Assembly: GCA_944390895.1 (NCBI GenBank)
Contig: CALXRQ010000001.1
Location: 17,563 to 81,562 of the forward strand
Reading direction: 5' to 3'
DNA: 64,000 nt
DNA from: an uncultured Alphaproteobacteria bacterium
GTDB lineage: Bacteria > Pseudomonadota > Alphaproteobacteria > RF32 > CAG-239
A program made the translations under genes and the position numbers. Positions 26,651-36,054 of the stretch are shown here, in pieces. The notes below the pieces were generated by a model. The model was not told the DNA's origin and did no database searches. It saw nothing but the letters and a program-made list of their open reading frames with translations. Each line of letters starts with the position of its first letter. Position 1 is the first letter of the stretch.

Positions 26651-28123
26651 TCAATTCCCGGGAATAACGATATTCATTTTCTCCAGTCCCTTGCGGATGC
26701 TCTCTCTTTCCTCATCCGTGGACAGATAGCGGTTCGGCTGGTTTTCTTCGTCGAGCGTATGTCCGTAAATCAGCGACTGGGCAATGGCGTTGTCCTTGCC
26801 GAAAATAAGCGGTGCTTTGTAAAAACGGTCTACCGTCATGTCCTGAAGCTTTGAGCCTTCGTCTGCCGGAGAGAATTTTTTCGGCGCTTCATCAATAACC
26901 GTGTCGCCGCCTTTTCTTACCTCGACAATATCCATGCTGTGCTGGTTGAAACCGTTTTCAAACAGACGGAACATACCGTTGATGCCGACATAACCGTCCG
27001 GATTGGTGATAATCGGCGTCAGATTTTGTTCGCTGCTCTGAGAAAGCGCGCTGGCCAGCGCCACGGCGTCATAAGCCAGCGAAAACAGCGCCTGCGGCCT
27101 CTCGCCGTAAACATAGGCGTATTTGTTGGCAAAATAATTGCTGTGGCTGCGGGACATGGCCGGATACCAGCTGCCGATAATGGTTGATTCGTTATTCAAC
27201 GCCGTATTTTCCCAAATGGAGGTTCCCAAAAATTTTACCTGCGGTGCAAAAACGTCATAATAGCCGAACATCGCTATTGCCGATTTAAGTTTTGCGCCGC
27301 TTTCGGGGATCAGCACCATATCAAAGTCAACGTCGCCCAGCGTATCAAAGGTGGAAGCTCTCTTCAAAGCGCGTTTGGACGCTTCATCACCTTGCGCGGC
27401 TTTGGATTCCAAAGCGTTTTTCATACGCTGCATACGGGCGCTGCGGATATTGTAATCGGTCATTTTTCGCAGAATGTCGGAAAAATCGGTGGTATTGGGC
27501 TGGTAGAAAGCAATTCTGGTAACGGTAACGTTGTTTTGTTGGGCGGTTTTTACCGCAGCTTTGGCAACGGCAATGCCGGTAGCGTTGTCCGGCAGCAAAA
27601 GCGCCAAACGCTTTCTTCCCTGATGCGCGGCATAAGAAACAATTCTGTTAACCTGCTCGTCAACCAGCAGACCCAGAGTATAAACGTTAGCTTCCAAAAC
27701 GGAATCCGAAGTCGAAAAGGCAATGACCGGAATGCCCTTGGCGGTTGTTGTCGGCGCGATGGCCTGAACCGAGGAACTTTTAAGCGGTCCGATAATCAGC
27801 TTTGCTTTTTGGTTCAGGGCGTTTTCAACCGCGGTTCTGGCGCCTTCCGGCGTTCCCTTGGTATCGTAATACTGCAAAATCAGATTGGGGTTTTTCAGGT
27901 CTTCCATGGCCAGCATCGTAGCTTTTTTCAGGCCTTGGCCGTATCTTCCGGCCTTACCGCTCAAAGGCAGCAGAACGCCGACCCGGAAATTGTTTGAAGA
28001 TCCGAAACTCAATTCCGAAATGTCGGTCGAAGAGGCGTCGCTCCCGCCGCTGGTCATGACCGGCGTGGACGAACACCCGATCAGGCTCAGGCAAAATATC
28101 AGAAGACTAAATTTTTTTAACAC
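26651..28123 (-). CDS. Periplasmic-binding-protein-fold lipoprotein, LpoA/LppC-like
   Basis: Lipobox (SLIGCSS) and a type I PBP (Leu/Ile/Val-binding-like) fold. Divergent from rsmI with yraN beyond it, as for E. coli lpoA. Confidence 0.6.
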   Translation of the reverse strand: MLKKFSLLIFCLSLIGCSSTPVMTSGGSDASSTDISELSFGSSNNFRVGVLLPLSGKAGRYGQGLKKATMLAMEDLKNPNLILQYYDTKGTPEGARTAVENALNQKAKLIIGPLKSSSVQAIAPTTTAKGIPVIAFSTSDSVLEANVYTLGLLVDEQVNRIVSYAAHQGRKRLALLLPDNATGIAVAKAAVKTAQQNNVTVTRIAFYQPNTTDFSDILRKMTDYNIRSARMQRMKNALESKAAQGDEASKRALKRASTFDTLGDVDFDMVLIPESGAKLKSAIAMFGYYDVFAPQVKFLGTSIWENTALNNESTIIGSWYPAMSRSHSNYFANKYAYVYGERPQALFSLAYDAVALASALSQSSEQNLTPIITNPDGYVGINGMFRLFENGFNQHSMDIVEVRKGGDTVIDEAPKKFSPADEGSKLQDMTVDRFYKAPLIFGKDNAIAQSLIYGHTLDEENQPNRYLSTDEERESIRKGLEKMNIVIPGN

Positions 28124-28205
28124 TTGCTTTTTATCCCAAATTTTTCGTATGCTGTAATAACTATCAGATTTAGTTTAAAAAAAGCCTAATGTAAAGAGAG
28201 AGATA

Positions 28206-29042
28206 ATGAAAAACGGCCTCTATATTGTCGCCACCCCGATCGGCAATCTCGGAGATATGTCTCCGCGTGCGGCAGAAACGCTGAAAGCGGCGGGTATAAT
28301 TGCCTGCGAAGATACCAGAGTCACCAAAAAACTGTTTTCTCTTTTGGGTATCGGCCTCAACAAAACCTTTGTCACTCTGCATGACCATAACGAAGAGGCT
28401 CAGTCGCAAAAAATCATAGATTTTATCAAAAACGGAGAAGTCGTCGCACAGGTCAGCGATGCGGGTTCGCCGCTGATTTCCGACCCGGGGTTTAAATTGA
28501 TTCGGCGCTGTCGGGAAGAGGGGCTTTATGTAACAACGCTGCCGGGCTGCTGCGCTTTGATTTGTGCTTTGCAGCTTTCGGGCTTGCCGACCAACCGTTT
28601 TATGTTTGCCGGTTTTATTCCCAACCGCGAAAAAGCGCGTCAGGATCTGTTTCGCCGTTACAAAAATCTGGATGCGACGCTGATTTTTTACGAAACGGCT
28701 TCCCGCATTGTCAAAACGCTGGTCGCGGCCGGAGAAGTTTTCGGCGGCCGCGACATGGCCGTTGCCAGAGAAATCACCAAAATGTATGAAGACTGCCGCA
28801 GCGGTACGGCGGCGGAACTGATTGCCCATTTTGAGGCCAATGAACCCAAAGGCGAAATGGTGCTGATGATTGCGCCTTCAGACGAGGAACTGCCGGTCGA
28901 TATTGACGTTGAAGCGCTTCTGCGGGAAAAAATGGCGGAAACCAGTCTCAAAAGCGCCGTAAAGTCATTGGTGGAAACATACGGTCTTAATAAAAACGAA
29001 GTTTATGAACTGGCATTGAGGATTAAAAATGAGCAACGGTAA
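28206..29042 (+). CDS. rsmI: 16S rRNA C1402 2'-O-methyltransferase RsmI
   Basis: LYIVATPIGNLGD, EDTR, SDAG.P.ISDPG motifs. Confidence 0.93.
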   Translation: MKNGLYIVATPIGNLGDMSPRAAETLKAAGIIACEDTRVTKKLFSLLGIGLNKTFVTLHDHNEEAQSQKIIDFIKNGEVVAQVSDAGSPLISDPGFKLIRRCREEGLYVTTLPGCCALICALQLSGLPTNRFMFAGFIPNREKARQDLFRRYKNLDATLIFYETASRIVKTLVAAGEVFGGRDMAVAREITKMYEDCRSGTAAELIAHFEANEPKGEMVLMIAPSDEELPVDIDVEALLREKMAETSLKSAVKSLVETYGLNKNEVYELALRIKNEQR

Positions 29043-29400
29043 TTCCGGCGGATATTGGGCGGAAACGGCCGCTATGCTTTATCTTTTGTTTAAGGGTTAT
29101 TTTCCGGTAGCCCGCAATGTGGTTACCGGCCGCGGAACCGGTGCCGGCGAGGTGGATTTGATTGTCCGCCGCGGCCGGTTGCTGGTTTTTGTCGAAGTCA
29201 AAAAAAGACGAAATCTGGAACGGGCCGCCTATGCAATTTCCGAACGTCAGAAACAGCGCATTATCCGCGGTGCCGAAGCTTTTTTGAAAAAACACCCGCG
29301 TTATGACGCTTTTGACATTCGTTTTGATGCGGTATTGGTCGAATTTCCTTTTCACATCCGGCACTTGACGAATGCTTGGATTTCTACGATGCTGATTTGA
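29029..29400 (+). CDS. yraN: YraN-family (UPF0102) endonuclease-like protein
   Basis: GEVDLI ... VFVEVK motif; synteny after rsmI. Confidence 0.85.
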   Translation: MSNGNSGGYWAETAAMLYLLFKGYFPVARNVVTGRGTGAGEVDLIVRRGRLLVFVEVKKRRNLERAAYAISERQKQRIIRGAEAFLKKHPRYDAFDIRFDAVLVEFPFHIRHLTNAWISTMLI

Positions 29401-30622
29401 CCAAAGGCACTTGGCTGAGCAGTTCTTCTCTGCCGAGGGTAAAGTTGCTGTCCATCCATTTTTCTTCCAGCTTGTCCAGAATGTCGCCGATGAGCCGGTT
29501 GTCTTCGATACTGCCTGTTTCCAGAATGTCTTTGCCCCGCAACGGAAACACCGGAATTTCCGTCGTATCGATGGAGCTGATGATTTCCTGATTGTTCGGA
29601 AGCAAAGTCGTTTGCAGGGCTTGTTCAATCAGCAGTTTGTTGAGCGCAAAGTCCTTGCCGAACTTGTAAATCATTCGGGCCAGTTTTTTTCTGTCGCCGA
29701 AATCAAGCAGACTTACCTTGTTTTCAGCCCAGCTGATAAAGTCGCCTTTCTGCTTTTTGCTGAACTTCATGCGGTTGGCCATGTTTTCGGCCAAGTCCGG
29801 ATCCGGATCGTACAGAACGAAAATTCTTCTCAGAGGACAGGGGGTTACCAGTCCCAAATTGACCTTTTTAATCAGAAAATCGAGTTTGTCATCATTCCTG
29901 ATGTTTGGCAGTACATACCCCAAAATATCGTTGTCGGAAATGATTTTGACCGTCTCGGCCGCTTTGGGAGTCAGCAGAATTTTGAAAAGTTCGTCACGGA
30001 TTCTTTCCATTGAAAGCGTTTTCAGTCCGTCTTTGTTTTCAATGCAGGCTTCCAGTGCTTTCCTGTCGATTTCGGTTTTGGAAAAGACGGAATAAAAGCG
30101 AAAAAAACGCAAAATGCGCAGATAGTCTTCCTTAATGCGCTGCGACGGAGAGCCGATAAAACGAACCACGCCTTTTTCCAGGTCGTCAATGCCGTTGTAA
30201 TAGTCGAAAACGTTGCCTTTTTCGTCGGCATAGACGGCATTTATCGTAAGGTCGCGGCGGGAGGCGTCAATTTCCCAGTCGGTCGTAAACTCGACTTCCG
30301 CATGCCGGCCGTCGGTTTTTACGTCTCGCCGCAGGGAAGTGACTTCCAAAATGTCGTTGTCTATCAAAACGCCGACCGTTCCGAATTTGATGCCGATCGG
30401 CACCGTCTTCAGGCCGTGTTCGTCACAGGCTTCCACCAGTTCTTCGGGAGACAGGTCCGTCGCCAGATCCAGGTCAAACCCTTTCAGCCCGGCCAAAGCG
30501 TCGCGCACGGCGCCGCCGACGAACCGCAGGACGCCGCCGTGTTCTTCAACGGCACGGAAAAGTTTTAAGATTTTTTTGTTAAGAATGAGCTTGTTTATAT
30601 CCAGATAATTGTCTCTAATCAT
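29384..30622 (-). CDS. cca: tRNA nucleotidyltransferase / poly(A) polymerase family protein (CCA-adding enzyme-like)
   Basis: FVGGAVRDAL ... DLDLAT head domain and RRD.T.NA motif. Confidence 0.85.
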   Translation of the reverse strand: MIRDNYLDINKLILNKKILKLFRAVEEHGGVLRFVGGAVRDALAGLKGFDLDLATDLSPEELVEACDEHGLKTVPIGIKFGTVGVLIDNDILEVTSLRRDVKTDGRHAEVEFTTDWEIDASRRDLTINAVYADEKGNVFDYYNGIDDLEKGVVRFIGSPSQRIKEDYLRILRFFRFYSVFSKTEIDRKALEACIENKDGLKTLSMERIRDELFKILLTPKAAETVKIISDNDILGYVLPNIRNDDKLDFLIKKVNLGLVTPCPLRRIFVLYDPDPDLAENMANRMKFSKKQKGDFISWAENKVSLLDFGDRKKLARMIYKFGKDFALNKLLIEQALQTTLLPNNQEIISSIDTTEIPVFPLRGKDILETGSIEDNRLIGDILDKLEEKWMDSNFTLGREELLSQVPLVKSAS

Positions 30623-30723
30623 TTCTCTAAGGTCCGTTTTTTTTAGAAATTAACAGTTTTTATAGATATTTCAAATATTATTATAAAAAATCGGTTTTTA
30701 TGTGAGAAAGTGAGTATGTAATC

Positions 30724-31242
30724 ATGAAAAATTTCTTATCTGCTGTATGTGTCGGCGTTTTTTGTCTGGCCAATGCCCATTCCGCGGGAGCCGTAGCTCC
30801 CAAGCTTCTGGGAGAATATGACGACTGGGTTGCCTACTATTATCAGGATTCCGCTGGCATAACCTGTTATATGGCCTCCACCCCGAAAAAAGACGAAGGT
30901 AAATATACCAAGCGCGGCGATATTTATACGGTTATCACCCATCGCCCGGCCGACAAGAGCTTCGACGTGATTAACATCAATGCCGGCTATACCTATAAAC
31001 CCGAGTCAAAAGTTGTCGTCAAAATCGGCAGCAAAACTTTTGACAAGCTGTTTACCAGCGGAGACAAGGCCTGGGCGACCAGCGATAAGACCGACAAGGA
31101 CATTGTGGAAGCCATGAAACGCGGCAGCCGCATGATTGTTCACGGAACCTCAAGCAAGGGCACAACCACCAAAGACACCTATTCTCTGGCCGGTTTTTCT
31201 CAGGCTTACAAAGCCATCAGCAACAAATGCAAGAAGAAGTAA
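30724..31242 (+). CDS. Invasion-associated locus B (IalB) family protein
   Basis: Signal peptide, then YDDWVAYYY..GITCYMAS and a C-terminal GF..AY..I..C pattern. Confidence 0.75.
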   Translation: MKNFLSAVCVGVFCLANAHSAGAVAPKLLGEYDDWVAYYYQDSAGITCYMASTPKKDEGKYTKRGDIYTVITHRPADKSFDVININAGYTYKPESKVVVKIGSKTFDKLFTSGDKAWATSDKTDKDIVEAMKRGSRMIVHGTSSKGTTTKDTYSLAGFSQAYKAISNKCKKK

Positions 31243-31243
31243 A

Positions 31244-32329
31244 ATGACGGAGAAAACGGAGCTCATTGGCCTTTCCAAAACCGAACTTGAAGCGGAAATC
31301 GCCCGTATCGGCGAAAAACCGTTCCGAGCCAAACAGGTTTGGCACTGGCTGTATCATCAGGGTGCGGTCGATTTTTCGCAAATGAGCAATTTAAGCAAAG
31401 ACTTGCGGCAGAAACTGGCGGAAAACTTTACCGTTACCCGTCCCAAAATTGTTGCCGAACAGGTTTCCGCCGACAAAACGCATAAATGGCTGCTGGAATT
31501 TTCGGACGGTCAGCGGGTTGAAACGGTTTATATTCCTGAAGAGGATCGCGGGACGGTTTGTATTTCCACGCAGGTCGGCTGTGCCGTCGGCTGCACTTTC
31601 TGTCATACCGGTTCGCAGAAAATTACCCGCAACCTGACCGCGGCTGAAATCGTTTCTCAGTTTATGGTTGCCAGAGACGCGTATAACGAGTGGCCGACCC
31701 CGACCGATGAAATTCGTTATCTGTCAAATATCGTGGTTATGGGTATGGGTGAACCGCTGCATAATGTTGAAAATACGTTTAAGGCTCTGAAAATTCTGTC
31801 GGATGGTGAGGGAATAGCCATTTCCCGCCGCAAAATAACGCTTTCCACTTCCGGCATCGTACCGCATATTCCCGAAGTTGCCAGTGAACTCGGGTGTCGT
31901 CTGGCCATCAGCCTGCACGGTTCCAATAACGAAATCCGTTCCCGGATTATGCCGATTAACAAGAAGTATCCGATTGAAGAAATAATGAAAGCCTGCCAGG
32001 AGTTTCAGAAACGGGCCGCAAACTGTCGGTACATCACGTTTGAATATCTGCTGCTCGACGGTCTGAACGATTCTCTTGAAAATGCGCGGGAACTGGTTGA
32101 ACTGATGAAAAAATATAAAATTGACGCCAAATTTAACCTCATACCTTTCAATCCGTGGCCGGGCTGTGATTATCGGCCGTCTTCGCGCAATCGTGCTTTC
32201 GCTTTTTCCAAAGAACTGCAAAAGTTTGGATTCGCGGCGCCGATCAGGGTCGCTCGGGGACAGGACATTTTAGCCGCCTGCGGTCAGTTGAAATCAAAAA
32301 AACAGGAAGACAAAGCCGGTGTTAAATAA
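31244..32329 (+). CDS. rlmN: 23S rRNA/tRNA A2503 methyltransferase RlmN (radical SAM)
   Basis: FRAKQVWHWLY and CAVGCTFC radical-SAM cluster. Start set to ATG 31244, just after the ialB stop. Confidence 0.94.
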   Translation: MTEKTELIGLSKTELEAEIARIGEKPFRAKQVWHWLYHQGAVDFSQMSNLSKDLRQKLAENFTVTRPKIVAEQVSADKTHKWLLEFSDGQRVETVYIPEEDRGTVCISTQVGCAVGCTFCHTGSQKITRNLTAAEIVSQFMVARDAYNEWPTPTDEIRYLSNIVVMGMGEPLHNVENTFKALKILSDGEGIAISRRKITLSTSGIVPHIPEVASELGCRLAISLHGSNNEIRSRIMPINKKYPIEEIMKACQEFQKRAANCRYITFEYLLLDGLNDSLENARELVELMKKYKIDAKFNLIPFNPWPGCDYRPSSRNRAFAFSKELQKFGFAAPIRVARGQDILAACGQLKSKKQEDKAGVK

Positions 32330-32347
32330 TGGGTACCGCTGTTGTCG

Positions 32348-32929
32348 TCAATAAGAACGGCCGCCGCGCTCGTATTGTCGGATTCGCACCCGTTGTCTCT
32401 GGCGCTGACGTTCATATTCGCGCTGGCGCCGTTCCCGTTCGCGGGCTTCTTCGGGTGTTTCCCTGTGATTGGAGTTAACTTCGCGCAGAGCGATGATTTT
32501 TTTCATCACCTCCTGCATATTGGGACCTTCGACCATGTTTCTGATTTGGTCGACGATGTTTTTGGGCGTCAGGCTTTGCTGTATCTGCTGCAAATCAAGC
32601 AACTGCTCGTTGGCCAGCACGTTGTTGATTTCCACTTCCAGGTTTTCGTCATAAAACTCTTCATCCTCGTCCGGATTGTGATTCGGCATTTTTTTTACGC
32701 TGCCGTGAATGATTTTGACGATATATTTTTTAAATTGCCGGACAACCAGTTTTATAAAATTCGGTTTGGTAACGACCTGATTTTTTGAAGCCCTCATCAG
32801 GGAAAAAAGCAGCAGGTTTTTCAGATATTTTTTCTGCGCCGGTTTAAGCGGAATATTGGTTTTTATTCCGTTTTTGACCATTGCCAGTATTTCCCGGCGT
32901 TCTTCTGCAAATTTTTCTTCTTCCGTCAT
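32348..32929 (-). CDS. Hypothetical protein with R/E/Q-rich C-terminal tail
   Basis: 193-aa ORF with protein-like composition. The competing + strand ORF 32342..32788 is F/L/V-rich and shadow-like. Confidence 0.5.
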   Translation of the reverse strand: MTEEEKFAEERREILAMVKNGIKTNIPLKPAQKKYLKNLLLFSLMRASKNQVVTKPNFIKLVVRQFKKYIVKIIHGSVKKMPNHNPDEDEEFYDENLEVEINNVLANEQLLDLQQIQQSLTPKNIVDQIRNMVEGPNMQEVMKKIIALREVNSNHRETPEEARERERRQREYERQRQRQRVRIRQYERGGRSY

Positions 32930-33055
32930 TGCTTTTCAATATATGGACTTTTCTTCTTTTTTTAGCACAAAAACGCCGTTGTCGCAATGATCTAATTGAA
33001 AAACTGATTATTATTTAAAAAATCTGAATATATCAACGAATTGAAAAACATTTCT

Positions 33056-33547
33056 TTATTCTGTATATGCTTTTTTTATTTGTTCGATATATGGCCTGAA
33101 GTATTCGACGGCTTTTTGATAGGCCTCTTTTTTGAAATATACGATTTCCCGCGGCGCATCTTCAAGTTCGGCCCACTTATAAGCCTTAAATTCAATTTCT
33201 TCGGGATGCGTTTTAAAGTCGATTTTAACATTGTCGTTGTTTAGTCTGAACAAAACGTAATGCTGGTTTTGCCCGACATTGCCGCTGTTTTTGAAACGGG
33301 TGGCAATCGCGCGCGGAAAATAATATTTGACGCCTTCCGGCATTTCCGCAACAAGCGTAACGTCGCAAATGCCGGTTTCTTCCCTGAGTTCGCGGCCGGC
33401 GGCGTCCAAAACGCTTTCGCCGGAATCTATGCCGCCCTGAGGAAACTGCCAGTCATATCCCTTTTGATTGGCTCTGGCGCACAACAGAACTTTTCCTTCG
33501 GAATTGCAAACGATAATGGCGACGGTTTCTCTGAACTTCTCGATCAT
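33056..33547 (-). CDS. rppH: RNA pyrophosphohydrolase (Nudix)
   Basis: Nudix box (GGIDSGESVLDAAGRELREETGI). Confidence 0.88.
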   Translation of the reverse strand: MIEKFRETVAIIVCNSEGKVLLCARANQKGYDWQFPQGGIDSGESVLDAAGRELREETGICDVTLVAEMPEGVKYYFPRAIATRFKNSGNVGQNQHYVLFRLNNDNVKIDFKTHPEEIEFKAYKWAELEDAPREIVYFKKEAYQKAVEYFRPYIEQIKKAYTE

Positions 33548-34710
33548 TCTTCTACCACGGTATTGGAAAGAGGAACCAACGCAAAAGGCCGCTCAATGGT
33601 TGTTATGTTTTGTTCTTTCATTTCTTCATAGCTGAGTTGCGGTGAAAAGGTTTTGAACCATTCGCTCAATGCGGTAATGACCACCGGTTTCGGAGTTGCC
33701 GCAATAACGACCAGCCCGTTGTTTTGAGCAATGCGTTCTGCCGCCGTCAGCCGCTGCGCAAGACTTTCCCTGTCAAAACCGTCGTCAATGACAATATCTG
33801 CTTTTTTACGAGCCAGTCCGGGTACGCTGATAGTGTTTATTTCATTGTTGGAAGTCGCGTCAACCATCAATACGCCGCGGTTTTTCAACTCTTGCAAAAT
33901 CTTTTCCAGCTGTTCCCGCGTATCTTGGTCGGCAATGCCGTCGTTGACGATCATTCCGCCGATGGCCCCTCCCGGAGCCAGCGCTTTTTTCAACCGTTCA
34001 AGGTTACCGGCAAAATCAAGCGTCAGACTCATGGCCAGCGGGCCGTTGTCCGATTTCAGCACGTCTCGGGACGCCAGCAGCAAGTCGGTGTATGTTTCGT
34101 GTCCGGCCGTGCGGGCTTCTTTTATTCTGGCGGCAGCGTCAACCGCATAAGGAGAAAAAGACAGCGCAACCTCGGAAGGCATGGCCGTAATGGCTGCGTC
34201 CGTTACTCCTTTGTCCAGTCCTATGTTTTTCAGCACCACCGCAACGCGATAAAATTTAGGCTGAACTTCGGCTTGCCTGCCGTATCTGACCCATGGTTTC
34301 TGTCCGTCTGAACCGATTTGGGGCAAAAGCAGACTGTCTTCTTTCTCCACCAGATTTCCGTCCGGTTCTATGACCGGCAGAGGCGCTTGGCCTTTAACCG
34401 CCGGCAGTCTGGAAACAATCGGTATTATGTCCAACAAATCGTCAACCGTTTCTATCTTTTTCTCGACTTTTACAGGCTTATGGATGTCTTTTGCGGATTC
34501 CTGCCGTGAAGATGTTTTGGTGTTTTTGTCGGGAAGCGTCAAAATAAATTTGGGCGATTGATTTTTCTTGTCAAACATGATCTTGTCGATTTTTGAAAGA
34601 TACTGCGGCGCGCTTTTCTGTGAGGCGGAAAAATATCCGGCCAGCAAAACGACCGCTGCCGTAAGCAAAATCAAAATAACTAAATATTTTTTCTTTTTGA
34701 CGCTTTGCAA
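33544..34710 (-). CDS. Divergent polysaccharide deacetylase (YibQ-like) with N-terminal anchor
   Basis: TM anchor and C-terminal YibQ-like region (ALSFSPY, GHE, GMIVNDG). gpmI-envC-yibQ synteny as in E. coli. Confidence 0.7.
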   Translation of the reverse strand: MQSVKKKKYLVILILLTAAVVLLAGYFSASQKSAPQYLSKIDKIMFDKKNQSPKFILTLPDKNTKTSSRQESAKDIHKPVKVEKKIETVDDLLDIIPIVSRLPAVKGQAPLPVIEPDGNLVEKEDSLLLPQIGSDGQKPWVRYGRQAEVQPKFYRVAVVLKNIGLDKGVTDAAITAMPSEVALSFSPYAVDAAARIKEARTAGHETYTDLLLASRDVLKSDNGPLAMSLTLDFAGNLERLKKALAPGGAIGGMIVNDGIADQDTREQLEKILQELKNRGVLMVDATSNNEINTISVPGLARKKADIVIDDGFDRESLAQRLTAAERIAQNNGLVVIAATPKPVVITALSEWFKTFSPQLSYEEMKEQNITTIERPFALVPLSNTVVEE

Positions 34711-34728
34711 AAGGCTTCCCTCCGCTTG

Positions 34729-36024
34729 TTACTTCACAGGTTTCTGATAAATGCTCAGTGCCTTGACCAAATCGACGGCACGAGCCAGCTGATAGTCTTT
34801 TTTGAGTTCGTCGTCGACAGCCGTTTGCTTGTCTTCTTTCTTGGCAATCGCCGCATCGTTTTTCAACGCATTTCCGAATTCTGCTTCGCTGAAGTTGACA
34901 CCTTTGTCGATTTCTTCAACCTTTGCCGGTTTTACTTCCACGTCGGGAACAATGCCTGTTGCCTGAATCGAACGGCCGGACGGCGTATAATAACGAGCCG
35001 TCGTCAGTCTCATGGCGCCGTATTTTCCGAGCGGAATAACCGTTTGAACCGAACCTTTGCCGAAAGTTTTTTCACCGAGGATAACGGCTCTCTGATGGTC
35101 TTGCAGGGCACCGGCCAAAATTTCGGAAGCGGAGGCGGAACCGTCATTAACCAAAACCACAATCGGCAGGCCTTTGGCAATGTCGCCGGGTTTGGCATTG
35201 TATTTTACCGTATCTTCGGGATTTTTTGAGCGGGTGGAAACAATTTCTCCTTTATCGAGGAACAAATCCGAAACGCTGACCGCCTGATCAAGAAGACCGC
35301 CGGGATTGTTGCGGACGTCAATGACAATGCCTTTCAAGTCGCCTTTAAGTTCTTTTTGCGCTTTGTTAAAGGCTTTTTCAATCATCTTGTCGGTATCTTC
35401 ACTGAAAGAGGTAATGCGGATATAGGCAACGTCTTTGCCTTTCACGCCGGATTTTACCGACTGAATTTTTATTTCTTCTCTTTTGAGCGTAACGTCAAAC
35501 GGTTTTTCATTAATGCGGCGGATGGTCAGTTTGACTTTAGACCCTACCTTGCCGCGCATTTTGTCAACGGCATCGTTCAGGCTCATGCCGACCACCTGTT
35601 CGCCGTCAATGTTGGTTATATAGTCGCCGGGCTTGAGACCGGCTCTGGAGGCCGGCGTGTCGTCAATCGGAGAAACGACTTTAACCACGCCGTTTTCCAT
35701 GGTAACCTCGATTCCCAGTCCGCCGAACTTGCCTTTGGTCTGCTCGTTCATATATTTAAAACTCTGTGCGTCCAGATAACTGGAGTGCGGGTCTAAAGAT
35801 ACCAGCATGCCGTTGATTGCGGATTCGATCAATTTTTTGTCGGAAACGTCTTCCACATAAGAAATTTTTGCCCGTTCCATGACCTCGCCGAACAGGTTCA
35901 GCATTTCATAAGTGTCGGCAGCTTCTTCTTTGGGAGCTTTTTTGCTTTCGGCGGCAAATGCCGGTGCGAAGCAAATCATGGCGGCCATCAGTGACGCTGT
36001 AAAAATTGTCGTTTTTTTCATCAT
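34729..36024 (-). CDS. ctpA: Carboxy-terminal processing protease (S41)
   Basis: PDZ domain plus S41 catalytic region (VLVNDGSASASEILAGAL, K in TFGKGSVQ). ATG 36024 is preferred over the GTG at 36042. Confidence 0.92.
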   Translation of the reverse strand: MMKKTTIFTASLMAAMICFAPAFAAESKKAPKEEAADTYEMLNLFGEVMERAKISYVEDVSDKKLIESAINGMLVSLDPHSSYLDAQSFKYMNEQTKGKFGGLGIEVTMENGVVKVVSPIDDTPASRAGLKPGDYITNIDGEQVVGMSLNDAVDKMRGKVGSKVKLTIRRINEKPFDVTLKREEIKIQSVKSGVKGKDVAYIRITSFSEDTDKMIEKAFNKAQKELKGDLKGIVIDVRNNPGGLLDQAVSVSDLFLDKGEIVSTRSKNPEDTVKYNAKPGDIAKGLPIVVLVNDGSASASEILAGALQDHQRAVILGEKTFGKGSVQTVIPLGKYGAMRLTTARYYTPSGRSIQATGIVPDVEVKPAKVEEIDKGVNFSEAEFGNALKNDAAIAKKEDKQTAVDDELKKDYQLARAVDLVKALSIYQKPVK

Positions 36025-36054
36025 GTCTTTAATCCCTAACACACTTTCGTTTTT

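Noticed and set aside
28170-28829. 219-aa ORF on the minus strand
   Set aside because: It is antisense to rsmI.
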